Virus record (IMG/VR): IMGVR_UViG_3300009826_000001
Span: 1-64,000 of that record
DNA: 64,000 nucleotides
Strand: one strand, 5' to 3'
Source: a virus
Lineage: Duplodnaviria; Heunggongvirae; Uroviricota; Caudoviricetes
How positions within the stretch are numbered: position 1 is the first letter of the stretch; every line of letters starts with the position of its first letter. The notes under the pieces were generated by a model. The model had not been told where the DNA came from. It ran no database searches and saw nothing but the letters and a program-made list of their open reading frames with translations. Positions 52,031 to 63,600 of the stretch are shown one piece after another. The position numbers and the translations under genes were made by a program.

Positions 52031-53833
52031 ATGACCAGTGCCACCACCACCACAACGACGTCGGCGATCGCCGCGGTCGGCGATACCAGTTTCCTGGCGA
52101 ACTACCTGATCAACGCGCGGCTGTACGCGGTGGTGGTGCCACCGGGAGCCGAGCAGGAGTTCGTGGCGACCTTCGAGGTCAACGGCAGCCAGGGCACGCT
52201 GACGATGGCGGCGATGATCGGCCCGCAGGGTCCCAAGGGCATCGACATGTTCGCCCTCTACCTGCAGACCGACGACATCGAGACACCGGCCGACCTGCCG
52301 ACCACCCTGCAGGACACGGTGGCTGACCAGGGCAAGTTCTGGGTCTTCGACGACGTGGACAACCTGGGCAACATCATCGGCTCCTCGGGTTACATCTGGT
52401 TCGGTACGGGCTGGCGCCGGATCATGATGGGCACCCCCGGTCCTCCCGGGGTTGTGCCGGTGATCACCCCCAGTGTGGCGCTCGTGCCACCCACCGAGGA
52501 CTCCGAGGTCATCCCCGGCGGCACGGCGGCGTTCCCCACGATGGAATTCGACCTGGCCGCACCGGCGGGCCCACAGGGACCGGGCGCCGCGCTCGCGGTG
52601 GCACCCGACGTGGACCTGACCACTAACCCGCCAGTCGTGGGTGACGTGCTGGGCTGGACCGGCGCGTACACCACCGACACCGCACTGATGAGTCCCACCA
52701 GCCTGACCGCGGTGCTCACCAGCGCCGGCTCGCTGGTGGCCGGCAGCTACAGCTATGTGGTCACCGCCGTCAACAGCTCGGGAGAGTCCACCCCGTCCAA
52801 TGAGGTGAGCGTCACCCCGGCCTCGACCGGCGCGGTGGGACTGGCCTGGTCGACCGTGGTCGGCGCGACCAGCTACAACGTCTATCGCGGGAACACCGCC
52901 GGCGGCGAGAACCTCAACCTGGCCAGCGTCACCACCCCGGCCTACACCGACGACGGCACGGCCACCGGCACGGCGGCCACGCCGCCCACGGTGAACAGCG
53001 CGACCACCCAGTACCCGATCTGGGTTCCGGTCAACGTCAGTGAGCTGATCCCCGCTCCCTTCTCCATGCCGGAGAACGCCTTCTCCAGCTACACCGGGCT
53101 TTCCCAGCGCGCACCGATCGGCTCGTTCGCGCTGCCCGCGCAGCCCTATGCCTGGACCCCGATCGTGTGGGGCCACATCGGCGCGTTCGGCATCGAGCTC
53201 TCGGCCAACCCGCTGATGATCGGCTGCGAGGTGCTGCTCGGCGACACCACCACGGGCCAGCTGGTGGGCCGTGGCTTCGGCAACACGCTCGGTGAAGTCA
53301 ACGTGATGCCGCACTACTCCACGCCGTCCATCCCGGCGCAGGCGATCAGCCCGACCAACGACCTGGCCGTGGTCCCGGCCAACCACACCAACCCGGCCCA
53401 AGGGACGGTCTACGTCAACCTCTACAACGACGGCGACATCGGGATCTATATGTTTTCCCCCACCGACGCCCAGCTGTTCGTCATGGTCATCCCCGTCGAC
53501 CCGGCACCGACCACCGGCTCGGGCGGCTCGGGAACCACCGGCGCGCCGACAGCCACCCCCAGCCTGCTGACCTCCATCGAAACCCTGCTCAGTGGCCTGC
53601 TGACGCTGGACCCGACCACCATCTCGGCCGACCTTTCCACCGTGATCTCCACCCTGCAGGGCTTCCTGGGCGGCGCGGTCGCCAACATCACCACGATCCC
53701 GACCACCATCGTGACCTCGATCCAGTCGGCATTGAGCGGCGTGACGAGCCTGTTCGACCCGACCACCATCACCACCGACCTTGCGGGCGCGGTGACTACG
53801 GTGCAGAACTTCCTCACCAGCATCGGCTTATAG
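52031..53833 (+). CDS. minor tail protein with collagen-like motifs and FN3-like insert
   Basis: IGPQGPKGID, GTPGPPGVVP; SYSYVVTAVNSSGESTPSNEVSVTPA...SYNVYRG FN3-like; C-terminal homology to 49091..50326. Confidence 0.6.
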   Translation: MTSATTTTTTSAIAAVGDTSFLANYLINARLYAVVVPPGAEQEFVATFEVNGSQGTLTMAAMIGPQGPKGIDMFALYLQTDDIETPADLPTTLQDTVADQGKFWVFDDVDNLGNIIGSSGYIWFGTGWRRIMMGTPGPPGVVPVITPSVALVPPTEDSEVIPGGTAAFPTMEFDLAAPAGPQGPGAALAVAPDVDLTTNPPVVGDVLGWTGAYTTDTALMSPTSLTAVLTSAGSLVAGSYSYVVTAVNSSGESTPSNEVSVTPASTGAVGLAWSTVVGATSYNVYRGNTAGGENLNLASVTTPAYTDDGTATGTAATPPTVNSATTQYPIWVPVNVSELIPAPFSMPENAFSSYTGLSQRAPIGSFALPAQPYAWTPIVWGHIGAFGIELSANPLMIGCEVLLGDTTTGQLVGRGFGNTLGEVNVMPHYSTPSIPAQAISPTNDLAVVPANHTNPAQGTVYVNLYNDGDIGIYMFSPTDAQLFVMVIPVDPAPTTGSGGSGTTGAPTATPSLLTSIETLLSGLLTLDPTTISADLSTVISTLQGFLGGAVANITTIPTTIVTSIQSALSGVTSLFDPTTITTDLAGAVTTVQNFLTSIGL

Positions 53834-53843
53834 GCAGCTGGTC

Positions 53844-56800
53844 TTGGCTGGGGCGATCGACCTCTACGCCGGCAGTCCCTCGATTGCCGGCTCCAACCTG
53901 TTCCAGATCGACCACAACCCGCTGGATCAGCTCGACCAGGGCATCCAGGACGTCATCGGGCAGGGCTCCTCGGGGCTGGGCGCCAACATCCTGACGGCGA
54001 TCGAAACCGTGGCCCAGGCGATCATCGACACCATCCTGGGCCTGCCGATCGACACGCCACTGAACTTCTCCACCGACGTCAACGCCGCGCTGGGGATGCT
54101 GGGCAGCTTCATCGACAACCTGCTCACCTTCCTGGGCGATCTCAACCCGCTGGACCCGAACTTCCTGTCCAACATGGAGCAGTACGCTGCGCAGTTCATC
54201 GAGTCCATCCTGGCGCCCACCGGCATCTTCGATCTGGCCCAGCAGATCATCGACGCGCTGACCGGCGAGAGCAACTCCTCGATCTCTGGCCTGCTCACCT
54301 GGCTCGACGGCTTCTACAACGCGCTGACCGGCGGCGCGTCCTCGACGCTGGCCGGCGTGGAGAGCTTCTTTACCAACCTGCTCTCACTGTTCGGGCTGTC
54401 CGGCTCGGCGCTGACCGCCTCGGGCTTTGATCCGTTGACGGCGATCGAAACCTTCATCACCGACATCCTGGCGCCCAACGGACTAACCACCCTGATCACG
54501 AACCTGATCGGCAGCATCAGCACCGACCTGGGTGCGGTATGGGCGGCGATCACCGGGATCGCCGGGGCGACGGTCACCGACGTTCAGACCCTGTTCTCCA
54601 ACCTGGCGTCGCTGTTCGGCATCGACCTGTCCAGCCTGAGCAGCGGCACCTTCGATCCGCTCACGGCGATCGAGAACTTCATCACCAACATCCTGCAACC
54701 GAACGGCCTGACCGACTGGATCACCAACCTGCTCTCGGGGCTCGGGATCAGCGCCAGTGGTATCAGCGCGACCGTGCTGACGGACTTAGAAAGCATCATC
54801 GGTGACATCGGCTCGCTTTTGACCGGCGCGAACGTACCGGCGCTGCAGACCGTGATCGACGACTTGCAGTCCGTGATCGACGCGCTCACCGGCGGGACCG
54901 GTGTGATCGCCGACATCACGACCACGATCACGGATGCGATCAGCAGCGCGGCGTCCCTGGCCCAGGGCATCATCGACACGCTGACCGGCAGTGCAGCAGG
55001 CACCGGCACACTCGGTGATCTGGTCACGTCGGTGCAGAGCATGGTCAGCAATGCCGTCAGCAGCGCCGTGAGCACCCTGACATCGCTGGTCCAGGGCGTC
55101 ATCGACACGCTGACCGGAGCTGCCTCGGGCACCGGGACACTGGCCGACCTACAAACCTGGCTGGCCAACCTGCTCTCGATGTTCGGGGTCAACCTGACCG
55201 ACCTGACCAGCGGCACGTTCGACCCGCTGACCACGATCGAGAACTTCATCACGAACATCCTGGCGCCCAACGGGCTCTCGACCATGCTCGACAACCTGCT
55301 GTCCTCGCTGGGCATCTCGAGTAGCGGCATCAGCGCCACCGTGCTCACCGACCTGTCGTCCATCGCCAACGAGATCGGGTCGCTGCTAGGGATCTCCAAC
55401 ATCCCCGATCTGCAAACGCTGGTAGACACCCTGACCGGCGGCTCGGGATCGGCGATCAGTGCCGTCGCCAGCATCCCGGCCGCGATCGGCGGGGTGATCG
55501 ACACTCTGATGCAGGGCTGGGGCGCCACCGGCTCGGGCTACACGCTGGCCGACCTGCTCAACGCGGCGATGAGCATCCCGTCGCAGGCCGTGGCCGGCGT
55601 GCTGGGCGGCACCAACATCGGCACCGCGATCGAGGGTGTCATCGACTCGGCCGTGCAGGCGCTGTCCAACGACGCCACGTCGGCCGGCAACGGCCTGTCG
55701 GTGTTCACCAACCTGCTCAACGACCTGTCCAACATGCTCGGGTTCAACTCGACCGGCGCGGCACCGGCGGGCTCGCTGACCGCGATCGCGCAGACCAACT
55801 CCGAGTTCATCAACCAGCAGTCGGTGACTCAGCCGCTGTCGGCCAACGTGGACCCGACCACCGACGCGGTGTTCCCGCTGTCCAACCTCGCCAGCCTGGG
55901 AACTCCGGCCTCACTGCCGCTGGTCGCACTCACCGCCGCCAACAGCGTCGTCGGGTTCATCTCCACGGTGTACGGCGGCGTCAAGGAATCCATCGACTGG
56001 ATCGGCTACCCGCAAGGCGGCAGCATCGCCGGGATGACCGGGCTCTACCTCAACATCTGGTCGATCAACACCACCACCGGCGTTCCCACGCTGGTGTGGC
56101 AGACGCCCGCCAGCATCCTCAACCAAGTCTCCATCGACACCAAGCCGGACTGGAACGCGCTGAACCTGCCGACCGCCAACTTCATCAGCTCGGTGCAGGG
56201 CGCGATCTACGCCGTCGAGATGGTGCTGACCGGATCAGGGCAGTACAACGTGGTCGGGATGGCCAACGCGATCCCGGCCAAGACCGGCGTCATCCCGGCG
56301 ATGATCGGTGCGCAGCGTGGTGGCGCGACGGCCACCGCGCCTAACAGTCTGCCGGTCATCGGCACCGCGCCCAGCTTTGTCTACGACGCCTCGACCCCGT
56401 GGTTCGGGATGAGCGGCACGGCAGGCCAGACCCAGTACGTGCCCAACCTGGTGCAGCTGTCCACACCGGCCGGGCCCACCTCGATGGTCAACCCCGCGGT
56501 GAGCAACGGATGGGCGAACTACTTCGACATCGTGGTCTGCGGTGCCGGTGGCGGCGGGTCCTCCGGCGGCCTGGTTACCGGAGGCGACGGCGGCTCGGCG
56601 GGCCTGTGGGCGGCGGCGACGTTCACCAGGGCCCAGATGGGCACGGCCAACATCACCGTGCAGGTGGGCGCCGGCGGTGCGGGTGGTCAGGGGCCCGGTC
56701 AGAACGGGGGCAGTGCGGGCACAGCGAGCTACGTCAGCGTGCCAGGACAGGCCACCATCACCGGCGCGGGCGGCGCGGGCTGTGACAACGAGAGCGGAGG

Positions 56801-57020
56801 GCTCACGGCCGGCGCCGGTGTGGAGGCCGGCAACTACCCGCACAACACCGCACACGGCGCGACGAACACCTACTACGGCGGCCTGGGCGGCGCGACCGGG
56901 CAGACCTACGGGGCGCAACCCGGCGGTGGCGGCGCAGGGGGAAACGCCGACATCTACGGCTCATATATCTCCGGTGGCAACGGCGGCCCCGGTGTGGTCT
57001 TTATCCTGGCATATCAATAG
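53844..57020 (+). CDS. large tail fibre-like protein with about 75-aa internal tandem repeats and Gly-rich C-terminus
   Basis: repeats LxxLFGxxLxxLxSGTFDPLTAIExFITNILxPNGL at about 54361, 54587 and 55150; C-terminal GGGGSSGG...GAGGAGGQGPGQNGG. Confidence 0.6.
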   Translation: MAGAIDLYAGSPSIAGSNLFQIDHNPLDQLDQGIQDVIGQGSSGLGANILTAIETVAQAIIDTILGLPIDTPLNFSTDVNAALGMLGSFIDNLLTFLGDLNPLDPNFLSNMEQYAAQFIESILAPTGIFDLAQQIIDALTGESNSSISGLLTWLDGFYNALTGGASSTLAGVESFFTNLLSLFGLSGSALTASGFDPLTAIETFITDILAPNGLTTLITNLIGSISTDLGAVWAAITGIAGATVTDVQTLFSNLASLFGIDLSSLSSGTFDPLTAIENFITNILQPNGLTDWITNLLSGLGISASGISATVLTDLESIIGDIGSLLTGANVPALQTVIDDLQSVIDALTGGTGVIADITTTITDAISSAASLAQGIIDTLTGSAAGTGTLGDLVTSVQSMVSNAVSSAVSTLTSLVQGVIDTLTGAASGTGTLADLQTWLANLLSMFGVNLTDLTSGTFDPLTTIENFITNILAPNGLSTMLDNLLSSLGISSSGISATVLTDLSSIANEIGSLLGISNIPDLQTLVDTLTGGSGSAISAVASIPAAIGGVIDTLMQGWGATGSGYTLADLLNAAMSIPSQAVAGVLGGTNIGTAIEGVIDSAVQALSNDATSAGNGLSVFTNLLNDLSNMLGFNSTGAAPAGSLTAIAQTNSEFINQQSVTQPLSANVDPTTDAVFPLSNLASLGTPASLPLVALTAANSVVGFISTVYGGVKESIDWIGYPQGGSIAGMTGLYLNIWSINTTTGVPTLVWQTPASILNQVSIDTKPDWNALNLPTANFISSVQGAIYAVEMVLTGSGQYNVVGMANAIPAKTGVIPAMIGAQRGGATATAPNSLPVIGTAPSFVYDASTPWFGMSGTAGQTQYVPNLVQLSTPAGPTSMVNPAVSNGWANYFDIVVCGAGGGGSSGGLVTGGDGGSAGLWAAATFTRAQMGTANITVQVGAGGAGGQGPGQNGGSAGTASYVSVPGQATITGAGGAGCDNESGGLTAGAGVEAGNYPHNTAHGATNTYYGGLGGATGQTYGAQPGGGGAGGNADIYGSYISGGNGGPGVVFILAYQ

Positions 57021-57028
57021 GAGGCGTC

Positions 57029-60000
57029 GTGCCGGGCCAGATCACCTTTGAGGTCATCGCCGTCCAGTCCGTCACGGCACCCTTCGACGGCATCGGCGGC
57101 TTGTCGAGCTTCTTCACCCAGGGTGCCGCCGCACCGTTTAGCGCCGAGGGCTCCCTGGACGCGTTGCAGACGGCGATCACCGTGTTCTCCGGCGAGGGCA
57201 GCCTGACGATGGCGCTGCCGACACCGGCGCAGTTCGAGGGCGTAGGAGAGCTGTCCGGCGCGATCGCGGTGCCACTGGATGCCCAATTCGGCACCGAAGG
57301 GCTGCTCAACGACGTACCCTCCGTGGGGGTCAATCCGGTGTTCGGCGCCGAAGGTGTACTCGACGCCGAGATGATCGCCGCGCTGGACGCCCCGTTCAAC
57401 TCCGAGGGCGATTTCGGCGCGATCATCCCCGTGTTCGGTGACGCCGATTTCAGCACCACCGGCACGCTCGGTGTCACGGTCACGACGCTGGCTCCGGGTC
57501 AGGCGCTGTTCGCCGCAGTCGGTCAGCTGGGCGCCGACGTCGAGATGATCGAGTTCCTCGACGGACAGTTCTCCAGCGAAGGCTCGCTATCCGCCGAGGC
57601 GGCCGAGGGCCTTCCGGCCGAGTTCGACAGCACCGGGACGCTGGACGCCGATGTGCTGGCGATCGACGTGGTGAGCGCGCAATTCAGTGCGGAGGGCGTT
57701 TTCACCCCGGCTCCCAGCGCGGGGATGGATGCACAACTGCCCAGTTCCGGGCAGTTGTCGGTCAGCATCCTGGCCGTCGCCATCGTCGCAGCGCAGTTCA
57801 ACGGCGAGGGGCAACTCGACTCGGCCCTCGTCGAGGTGATCGCCGCCGAGTTCACCGCTTCTGCTTCGCTGGCTGCCGCGGTGGTTGAGCGCGCCGAGAG
57901 CGACGGCATCTTCAGCGGTGAGGCCGCGCTGGACGGGATCTCGGGTGCGGCCCTGGACGGCGAGCTCGACGGCGCCGGCCAGCTCAGCCTCGTGGTCGTC
58001 GCCGGCATGGGAACCGCAGCGCCGTGGAGCGGCGAGGGGTCGCTCGCGGCGGTGGTGGTACCGGCGGCTGCTGGCGCGTTCGCTGGGACCGGCTCGCTGG
58101 ATGCGGCCGTGGTCGGAGTCGGCCAGGCCGAGGCGCTGTTCTGCACCGTCGGTGAGCTGGGGTGCATCGTCACGCCTCGCATCGCACTGACGGCGCAGTT
58201 CACCGGAGGGGGCCAGCTGGGCGCGGCGGCGTGGGCGGGTATCGACGCCAACTTCTCCAGTGAGGGCACGCTGATCCCGCCGCGCAACCCGTACACGATT
58301 TACATCGCCGACCAGGGGTATTACACGCTAAACAGCTGGGACGGCTTTGTTTACACGACGCTGGCCGGTCCTGCCGGCGCTGGAGGCTACTACCTCGGAC
58401 CCGCTTATATGGGCTCCGACCTTAGCACCGGCATGGTCTATATGGCCGACTATTTCTACCCGTATCAGATCATCACCTGGGACGGGGCAACAGTTGGAGC
58501 GATATTGGGCGGCCTGGACACCCCTGGGGACCTGAACTACCCCAACGGTGTCGCTGCGGCCAACGGTCTGGTGTACGTCGCTGACACGCAGAACTACCGG
58601 ATCGTGACCTGGGACGGCGCCACCGAGGGGGTACTGCCGCTCACGTTGGCCGGTCCCACCGACGTGGCCGTTGACAGCAAGGGCGTTCTCTATATCGCCG
58701 ATAGCTACGGCCACGCCGCGTACTCCTGGGACGGCACCACACAGCAGCCCCTGCCGCTTCCGGACGGGTTTAGTCCTATGACGCTGGCTACAGACCCGCA
58801 GGATAACGTCTACTTCCTTGCCACTTGGCCCTTAGGTGTGCAGAAGTGGGACGGATCGACCATGCAGGATGTCGAGATCCCCGGCATAACCGCCAACTCC
58901 GGAGGTGGTGGCATCGGAGTTGACCCCGGTGGCCTCCTCTACATAGCCGACAGCAGCAACAACCGCATCGTGACCTGGGACGGCACGACGCTGACCCAGC
59001 TCCCAATCCCCTCGACTTCTTGGCCCGTTGGCCTGGCGTTCCTGCCGACAGTTCCTGCGGTAGTGGGCATCATGGCGCCACGTGAGGCCGCTGCCGAGCT
59101 CTCCGGCGTGGGCACTCTCTCAGCATCCACGGTCCCGTCCACGAGTCGCTCGGGCGCGCTGAGCGCCACCGGCACGCTGGCCGTCACCGTGGTGGCCAGG
59201 CAATTCGCCGCGCCCGCGTTCTCGGGCGGTGCGTCGCTGCAAGCCACCGCGTCCCCCAAGAGGGCCACCAATGCGGGACTGAGTGCCAGCGGGACTCTGT
59301 CGAGCACGGCCTCGGGCACGGTGACCTTCCAGCCCTTCACCGTGGAAAACACCAACCTCTACGGCCAGCCCGTTCCGGCCGGCGCAGTCGGCTGCTACGT
59401 CACCCTGATCGGCGGGGGTGGTGCCGGAGCGACTAACAGTGGCACCACAGCCGGCGGCGGTGGTGGTGGCGGTGGGATGATCACCCGCACCTGGATTCCG
59501 GTGGCCTCACTGGGATCGACGTACTCGGTGGAACGGGGAGGTCCCTCTGTCTCGCCCGGGACCGGGGGAGGGCCATCCTGGTTCACCTCGGGCTCGGTCA
59601 GTCTCTATGGCAACGGCGGTAGCGGAGGCGGCGATCCGACGGCTGGTGCTGGAGGCACCACCAGCGTCGCGGGAATTACCGCGACGGCATTGACGGGCGG
59701 CGCTGGAGGAACCGGAGCCGGTAGCGGCAACGCAGCCCCTGCTGTGTCAACGGGCGCGCCTGGCGGTGGCGGTGGCGGCGGTCAGTCCAGCGTCGGGGGC
59801 GCCGGCGGCAGTAGCGCAACGGTAGCTGGCGGAGCAGCAGGAGCCGCGTCAGCCGGTGCCGGTGGCAGCCCCGCCGCCTCCGCGGCCGGTAACGGGGGAG
59901 CCGGCGGCGGAGGCGGCGGCTCGTCTCTGTCGACCGGAGCCGGTGTCGGTGGCGCGGGGGGCGCCTACGGCGGAGGAGGCGGCGGAGGCGGCGCAGCTCT

Positions 60001-60622
60001 GTCGGGAAACGCCGGGGTCGGCGGCCTTGGCGGCACCGGCTACACGCGCGTGGAGTGGGTGGATGAGACGGGTGCTCCCCCGTCCTACGCTGACACGTTT
60101 GCTCGCGCCAATGCCACCACCCTGGGCAGCGACTGGATAAATATCAGCGGAACCATGATCATCGACACCAACCGGGCCATCGGCGGGACCACGTCAACCA
60201 CCTGGAACCTTGCCCGTTACTACGCGCCCGCGCCATCCGACGACATGTTTGCCGAGGCCGACTGGGGTTCTACCGACATCGCCAACAACTCGGCTTACAT
60301 CATGATCGGGGCGAACAGCACAGATACCGACTGCGCGATGCTTTATAACTGGAACAACCAGTATTTGTTCCTGAACACGTTCATCAACAACACGCAGACC
60401 CAACGCGCCTCGTGGGCAGGCGATCCCTCCGGTCATGTCCGGATTCAGCGCGTCGGCAACGTCTACACCGCCTTGGTTAATGGCACCGCGCGCGTCACCT
60501 GGACCGACAGCAGTAACGTGCTAACCCGAGACGTCAACCACCGCAACTTCGTCATCGGGTCCGACCGCAAGTCATCGACGGGCTACGGGTACCTGCAGAA
60601 CTGGACGGCGGGAACGCCATAA
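57029..60622 (+). CDS. giant tail fibre-like protein: FxxEGxL repeat array, NHL β-propeller, Gly-rich module, C-terminal lectin-like domain
   Basis: about 18-20-aa periodic repeats (AxFxxEGxL) from about 57100 to 58300; NHL-like blades (LVYVADTQNYRIVTWDG etc.) from 58380 to 59000; CYVTLIGGGGAG...GGGGGGGMITRTWIPVASLGSTYS. Confidence 0.65.
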   Translation: MPGQITFEVIAVQSVTAPFDGIGGLSSFFTQGAAAPFSAEGSLDALQTAITVFSGEGSLTMALPTPAQFEGVGELSGAIAVPLDAQFGTEGLLNDVPSVGVNPVFGAEGVLDAEMIAALDAPFNSEGDFGAIIPVFGDADFSTTGTLGVTVTTLAPGQALFAAVGQLGADVEMIEFLDGQFSSEGSLSAEAAEGLPAEFDSTGTLDADVLAIDVVSAQFSAEGVFTPAPSAGMDAQLPSSGQLSVSILAVAIVAAQFNGEGQLDSALVEVIAAEFTASASLAAAVVERAESDGIFSGEAALDGISGAALDGELDGAGQLSLVVVAGMGTAAPWSGEGSLAAVVVPAAAGAFAGTGSLDAAVVGVGQAEALFCTVGELGCIVTPRIALTAQFTGGGQLGAAAWAGIDANFSSEGTLIPPRNPYTIYIADQGYYTLNSWDGFVYTTLAGPAGAGGYYLGPAYMGSDLSTGMVYMADYFYPYQIITWDGATVGAILGGLDTPGDLNYPNGVAAANGLVYVADTQNYRIVTWDGATEGVLPLTLAGPTDVAVDSKGVLYIADSYGHAAYSWDGTTQQPLPLPDGFSPMTLATDPQDNVYFLATWPLGVQKWDGSTMQDVEIPGITANSGGGGIGVDPGGLLYIADSSNNRIVTWDGTTLTQLPIPSTSWPVGLAFLPTVPAVVGIMAPREAAAELSGVGTLSASTVPSTSRSGALSATGTLAVTVVARQFAAPAFSGGASLQATASPKRATNAGLSASGTLSSTASGTVTFQPFTVENTNLYGQPVPAGAVGCYVTLIGGGGAGATNSGTTAGGGGGGGGMITRTWIPVASLGSTYSVERGGPSVSPGTGGGPSWFTSGSVSLYGNGGSGGGDPTAGAGGTTSVAGITATALTGGAGGTGAGSGNAAPAVSTGAPGGGGGGGQSSVGGAGGSSATVAGGAAGAASAGAGGSPAASAAGNGGAGGGGGGSSLSTGAGVGGAGGAYGGGGGGGGAALSGNAGVGGLGGTGYTRVEWVDETGAPPSYADTFARANATTLGSDWINISGTMIIDTNRAIGGTTSTTWNLARYYAPAPSDDMFAEADWGSTDIANNSAYIMIGANSTDTDCAMLYNWNNQYLFLNTFINNTQTQRASWAGDPSGHVRIQRVGNVYTALVNGTARVTWTDSSNVLTRDVNHRNFVIGSDRKSSTGYGYLQNWTAGTP

Positions 60623-63600
60623 TGCCGGGCACACTGGGTTTCCAAGTCGCGATGCTCGTCAACGCCGCGAGCGAGTTCTCCGGCGAGGGCGAACTCGTCG
60701 TGGCCGGCGGCCCCGCGATCGACGCCGCGTTCAACAGCGAAGGACAGCTGAGCACCCGGGTCGAGGCCACGGCCCAATTCAATGGCGAAGGCCAGCTCGA
60801 CGCCGAGACCGAGCAGATCGCCCAGCTTGATGCGCCGTTCAACTCCGCCGGTTACCTCTCGGTCGTGGAGCTGGAGCTGCTCGACGCGCCGTTCAACGGC
60901 GAGGGCACGCTGACGGCGCAGCTCGCTGCGGCACTCAAGGCGCCGTTCTCATCGGACGGCACGCTGAGTGCGATGGTCATGGGCAGTGCGGACTTCAACG
61001 GCGAAGGCCAGCTCGACGCGGCGCTGCAGGCCACCGTCGATGCGGAGTTCAACACGGAGGGCCAACTGGCCCCGTCCGCGCTGAAGATGCTTTACCCGCA
61101 GTTCAACGGCGAGGGCACGCTGGATGCCCGTGTCGAGGAGGGTGTGGCCGCGCGGTTCGGCGCGCAGGGCTCGCTGTCGGTCGTTGTCGAGACGCTGGCG
61201 CAGTTCAGCGGCGAGGGTCAGCTCGACACTGAAGTCCAGGCCGCGTTGGGTGCCGGATTGGGCGCCGAGGGTCAGCTCAACATCGGGCTGATCCAGGGCG
61301 CGGTGATCGAGTTCGATGCCGAGGGCACGCTATCCGCGCAGGCACTGGAGGGTGCTCCGGCGGGGTTCTCGTCGGAGGGCTCACTGGATGCGCTGGTCGG
61401 CCAGCTCGCCTACCCCGAGTTCGAGGGCGAAGGATGGCTGAGCGCCGATGCCACCCAGATACGCCCCGGCGAGGCTTTGTTCTCCGGTGAGGGATCGCTA
61501 CAAGTCGGTGTTGCCGCGCCGCTCGGAGCGGACTTCGGCGCCGATGCCACGTTAGGTGCATCGGCGCTCGCCGGTGCTGCCGGGCCGTTCAACGGCGAGG
61601 GCACGATGAGCACCGCCATCGCGGTGCCACTGGACGCGGAGTTTTACGCCGACGCCACTCTGGTATCTGACACCGTGCCGGTACAGCCCGGCGAGGCGCT
61701 TTTCCCGGCCGAAGGATCGCTACAGGTCACGGCGGCCGCGCAACTCGACGCGCCCTACTGCGCGACCGGGACACTGGCGACGCAGATCAGCGCCATCGTC
61801 GACATCGAGGTCGTCTGGTTCGATGCCGGTGGCACTTTGAGCGCGGCGGTGGCCGAAGAATTCGACGTGCTGTTCGAAGGCGCGGGCGTCCTTGTGTTCG
61901 ACGCGGTGGAGGCGTTCCCGCGCAGTGCCGTCTTCTCATCGGCCGGCACGCTTGCGGCCGATGCCGTCGAGGCGTTCCCGCGCGACGCGGAGTTCTCGGC
62001 AATCGGCACGCCAGGCGCCGGCGCCGACGCTGGGCTGGATGCCCAGTTCCGGGCGGTCGGGGCATTGGATGCGGTGGTCGTTGCGGGGATCGCGGCGATC
62101 TTCGACGCAGAGGGCTCGTACCTGCCGCATGAGGCCGAGGTCATGCACCCCGAGTTCGGCGCCACCGGCACGCTGGACGCGCTGGCCGAACAAACTATCG
62201 ACGCGCAGTTCACCGGGACGGGGTCGGCGAATGCGAGCGCCCAGGTTGGTGTGAATGCCGCGTTCAGTGCGCAGGCAACTCTTGTCATCACCAATCTCGA
62301 ATCCGAGGTCATCACCCCCGATGGAACGACGAAGACCATCGTGCTGGAGAACGTGAACGACCTGGAGGACTTCGTTCCCGATGGACTTCAGTCCTGCTAC
62401 GTCACCCTCATCGGCGGCGGTGGCAGTGGTGGTAACGGCAACAACGCCGCTGTCGCCGGTGGTGCTTCGGGTGGTGGCGGCGGTGGCCGCATCGACCGGG
62501 TGTCTATTGATCCGAGCCTGCTGGGCACCACGTTCAGCGTCGTTACGGGCGTGGGGGGCAACTCGCCCAGCGGCGCTCAGGCCCACGGGATCGCGGGCAG
62601 CGCCTCCACCTTCACTTCTGGCAGCGTCGCCCTGTCAGCGGGCGGTGGTCAGGGTGGCACTGGCGGGAGCATGGCCGACCCTATTCCTGGTGGCGCGGGT
62701 GGCACCTGTTCGGCCACGGGTGTTTCGGTTACGAGCTACACGGGAGGCGCGGGGGCGGCGTCGGATACCACTACACCGGCCGGGTCGTCGGCTCCCAGCA
62801 CCTCGAATAACCAGGGCTCCGGCGGTGGCAACGGCAACTGCACCTCTGGCGCTCCACCCACCAAGGGTGGCTCGTCGCTCTATGTCGCCGGGGGCGCGCT
62901 GGGGCAGATGCCGCCCAGTGCGGGTCTAGGCAACGGCGGCGCCGGCGGCGGCGGTCAGGGCGATAGCAACAGCGCGGGTGCCCAAGGTGGCCTCTACGGC
63001 GGCGGTGGTGGTGGCGGTGGCAGCACCATCTTGCTGGGCACGCCCGGTACGGGTGGGCCCGGCGCGCAGGGGTACGCGAAGGTGGAGATGGAAGTCTTCA
63101 TCCCGGCCGATGCGACACAGCTGGACCCTGTCTCGCTCGAAAACACCAATGTCGTCAACGCGCCGGTGCCAAACTGCTCGGGCATGTACGTCACCCTGAT
63201 CGGCGCGGGGGGCGCCGGTACGGTGGGTCCCGGCTCCGGTGGCGGCGGCGGTGGCCGCATCGCGCGAGTGTGGATACCGATAGCGAGCCTGGGGTCTACT
63301 TACTCGATCACCAGGGGCCTTGGGGTCGCTGGGGCAAACGGCGGGGCCTCCACCTTCACCTCTGGCGCCGTCACGTTGTCGGCCGGTGGCGGCGTGTGGG
63401 GTGGGAGCACCCACGCTGGGGGAACCTGCGTGGTCAGCGGCGTTGCGGCCAGCAGCTATCCCGGCGCTGCAGGGAGCACTGCTGCGGGTACAGCATCTGC
63501 GGCTGCCGGAGCCGGAGGCGGCGGTGGTGCCGGGTACACCGATGGCGGATCGGGCATCCTCTACGACAACGGGGGGAACGCCGGGGGAAACTCCACCGCA

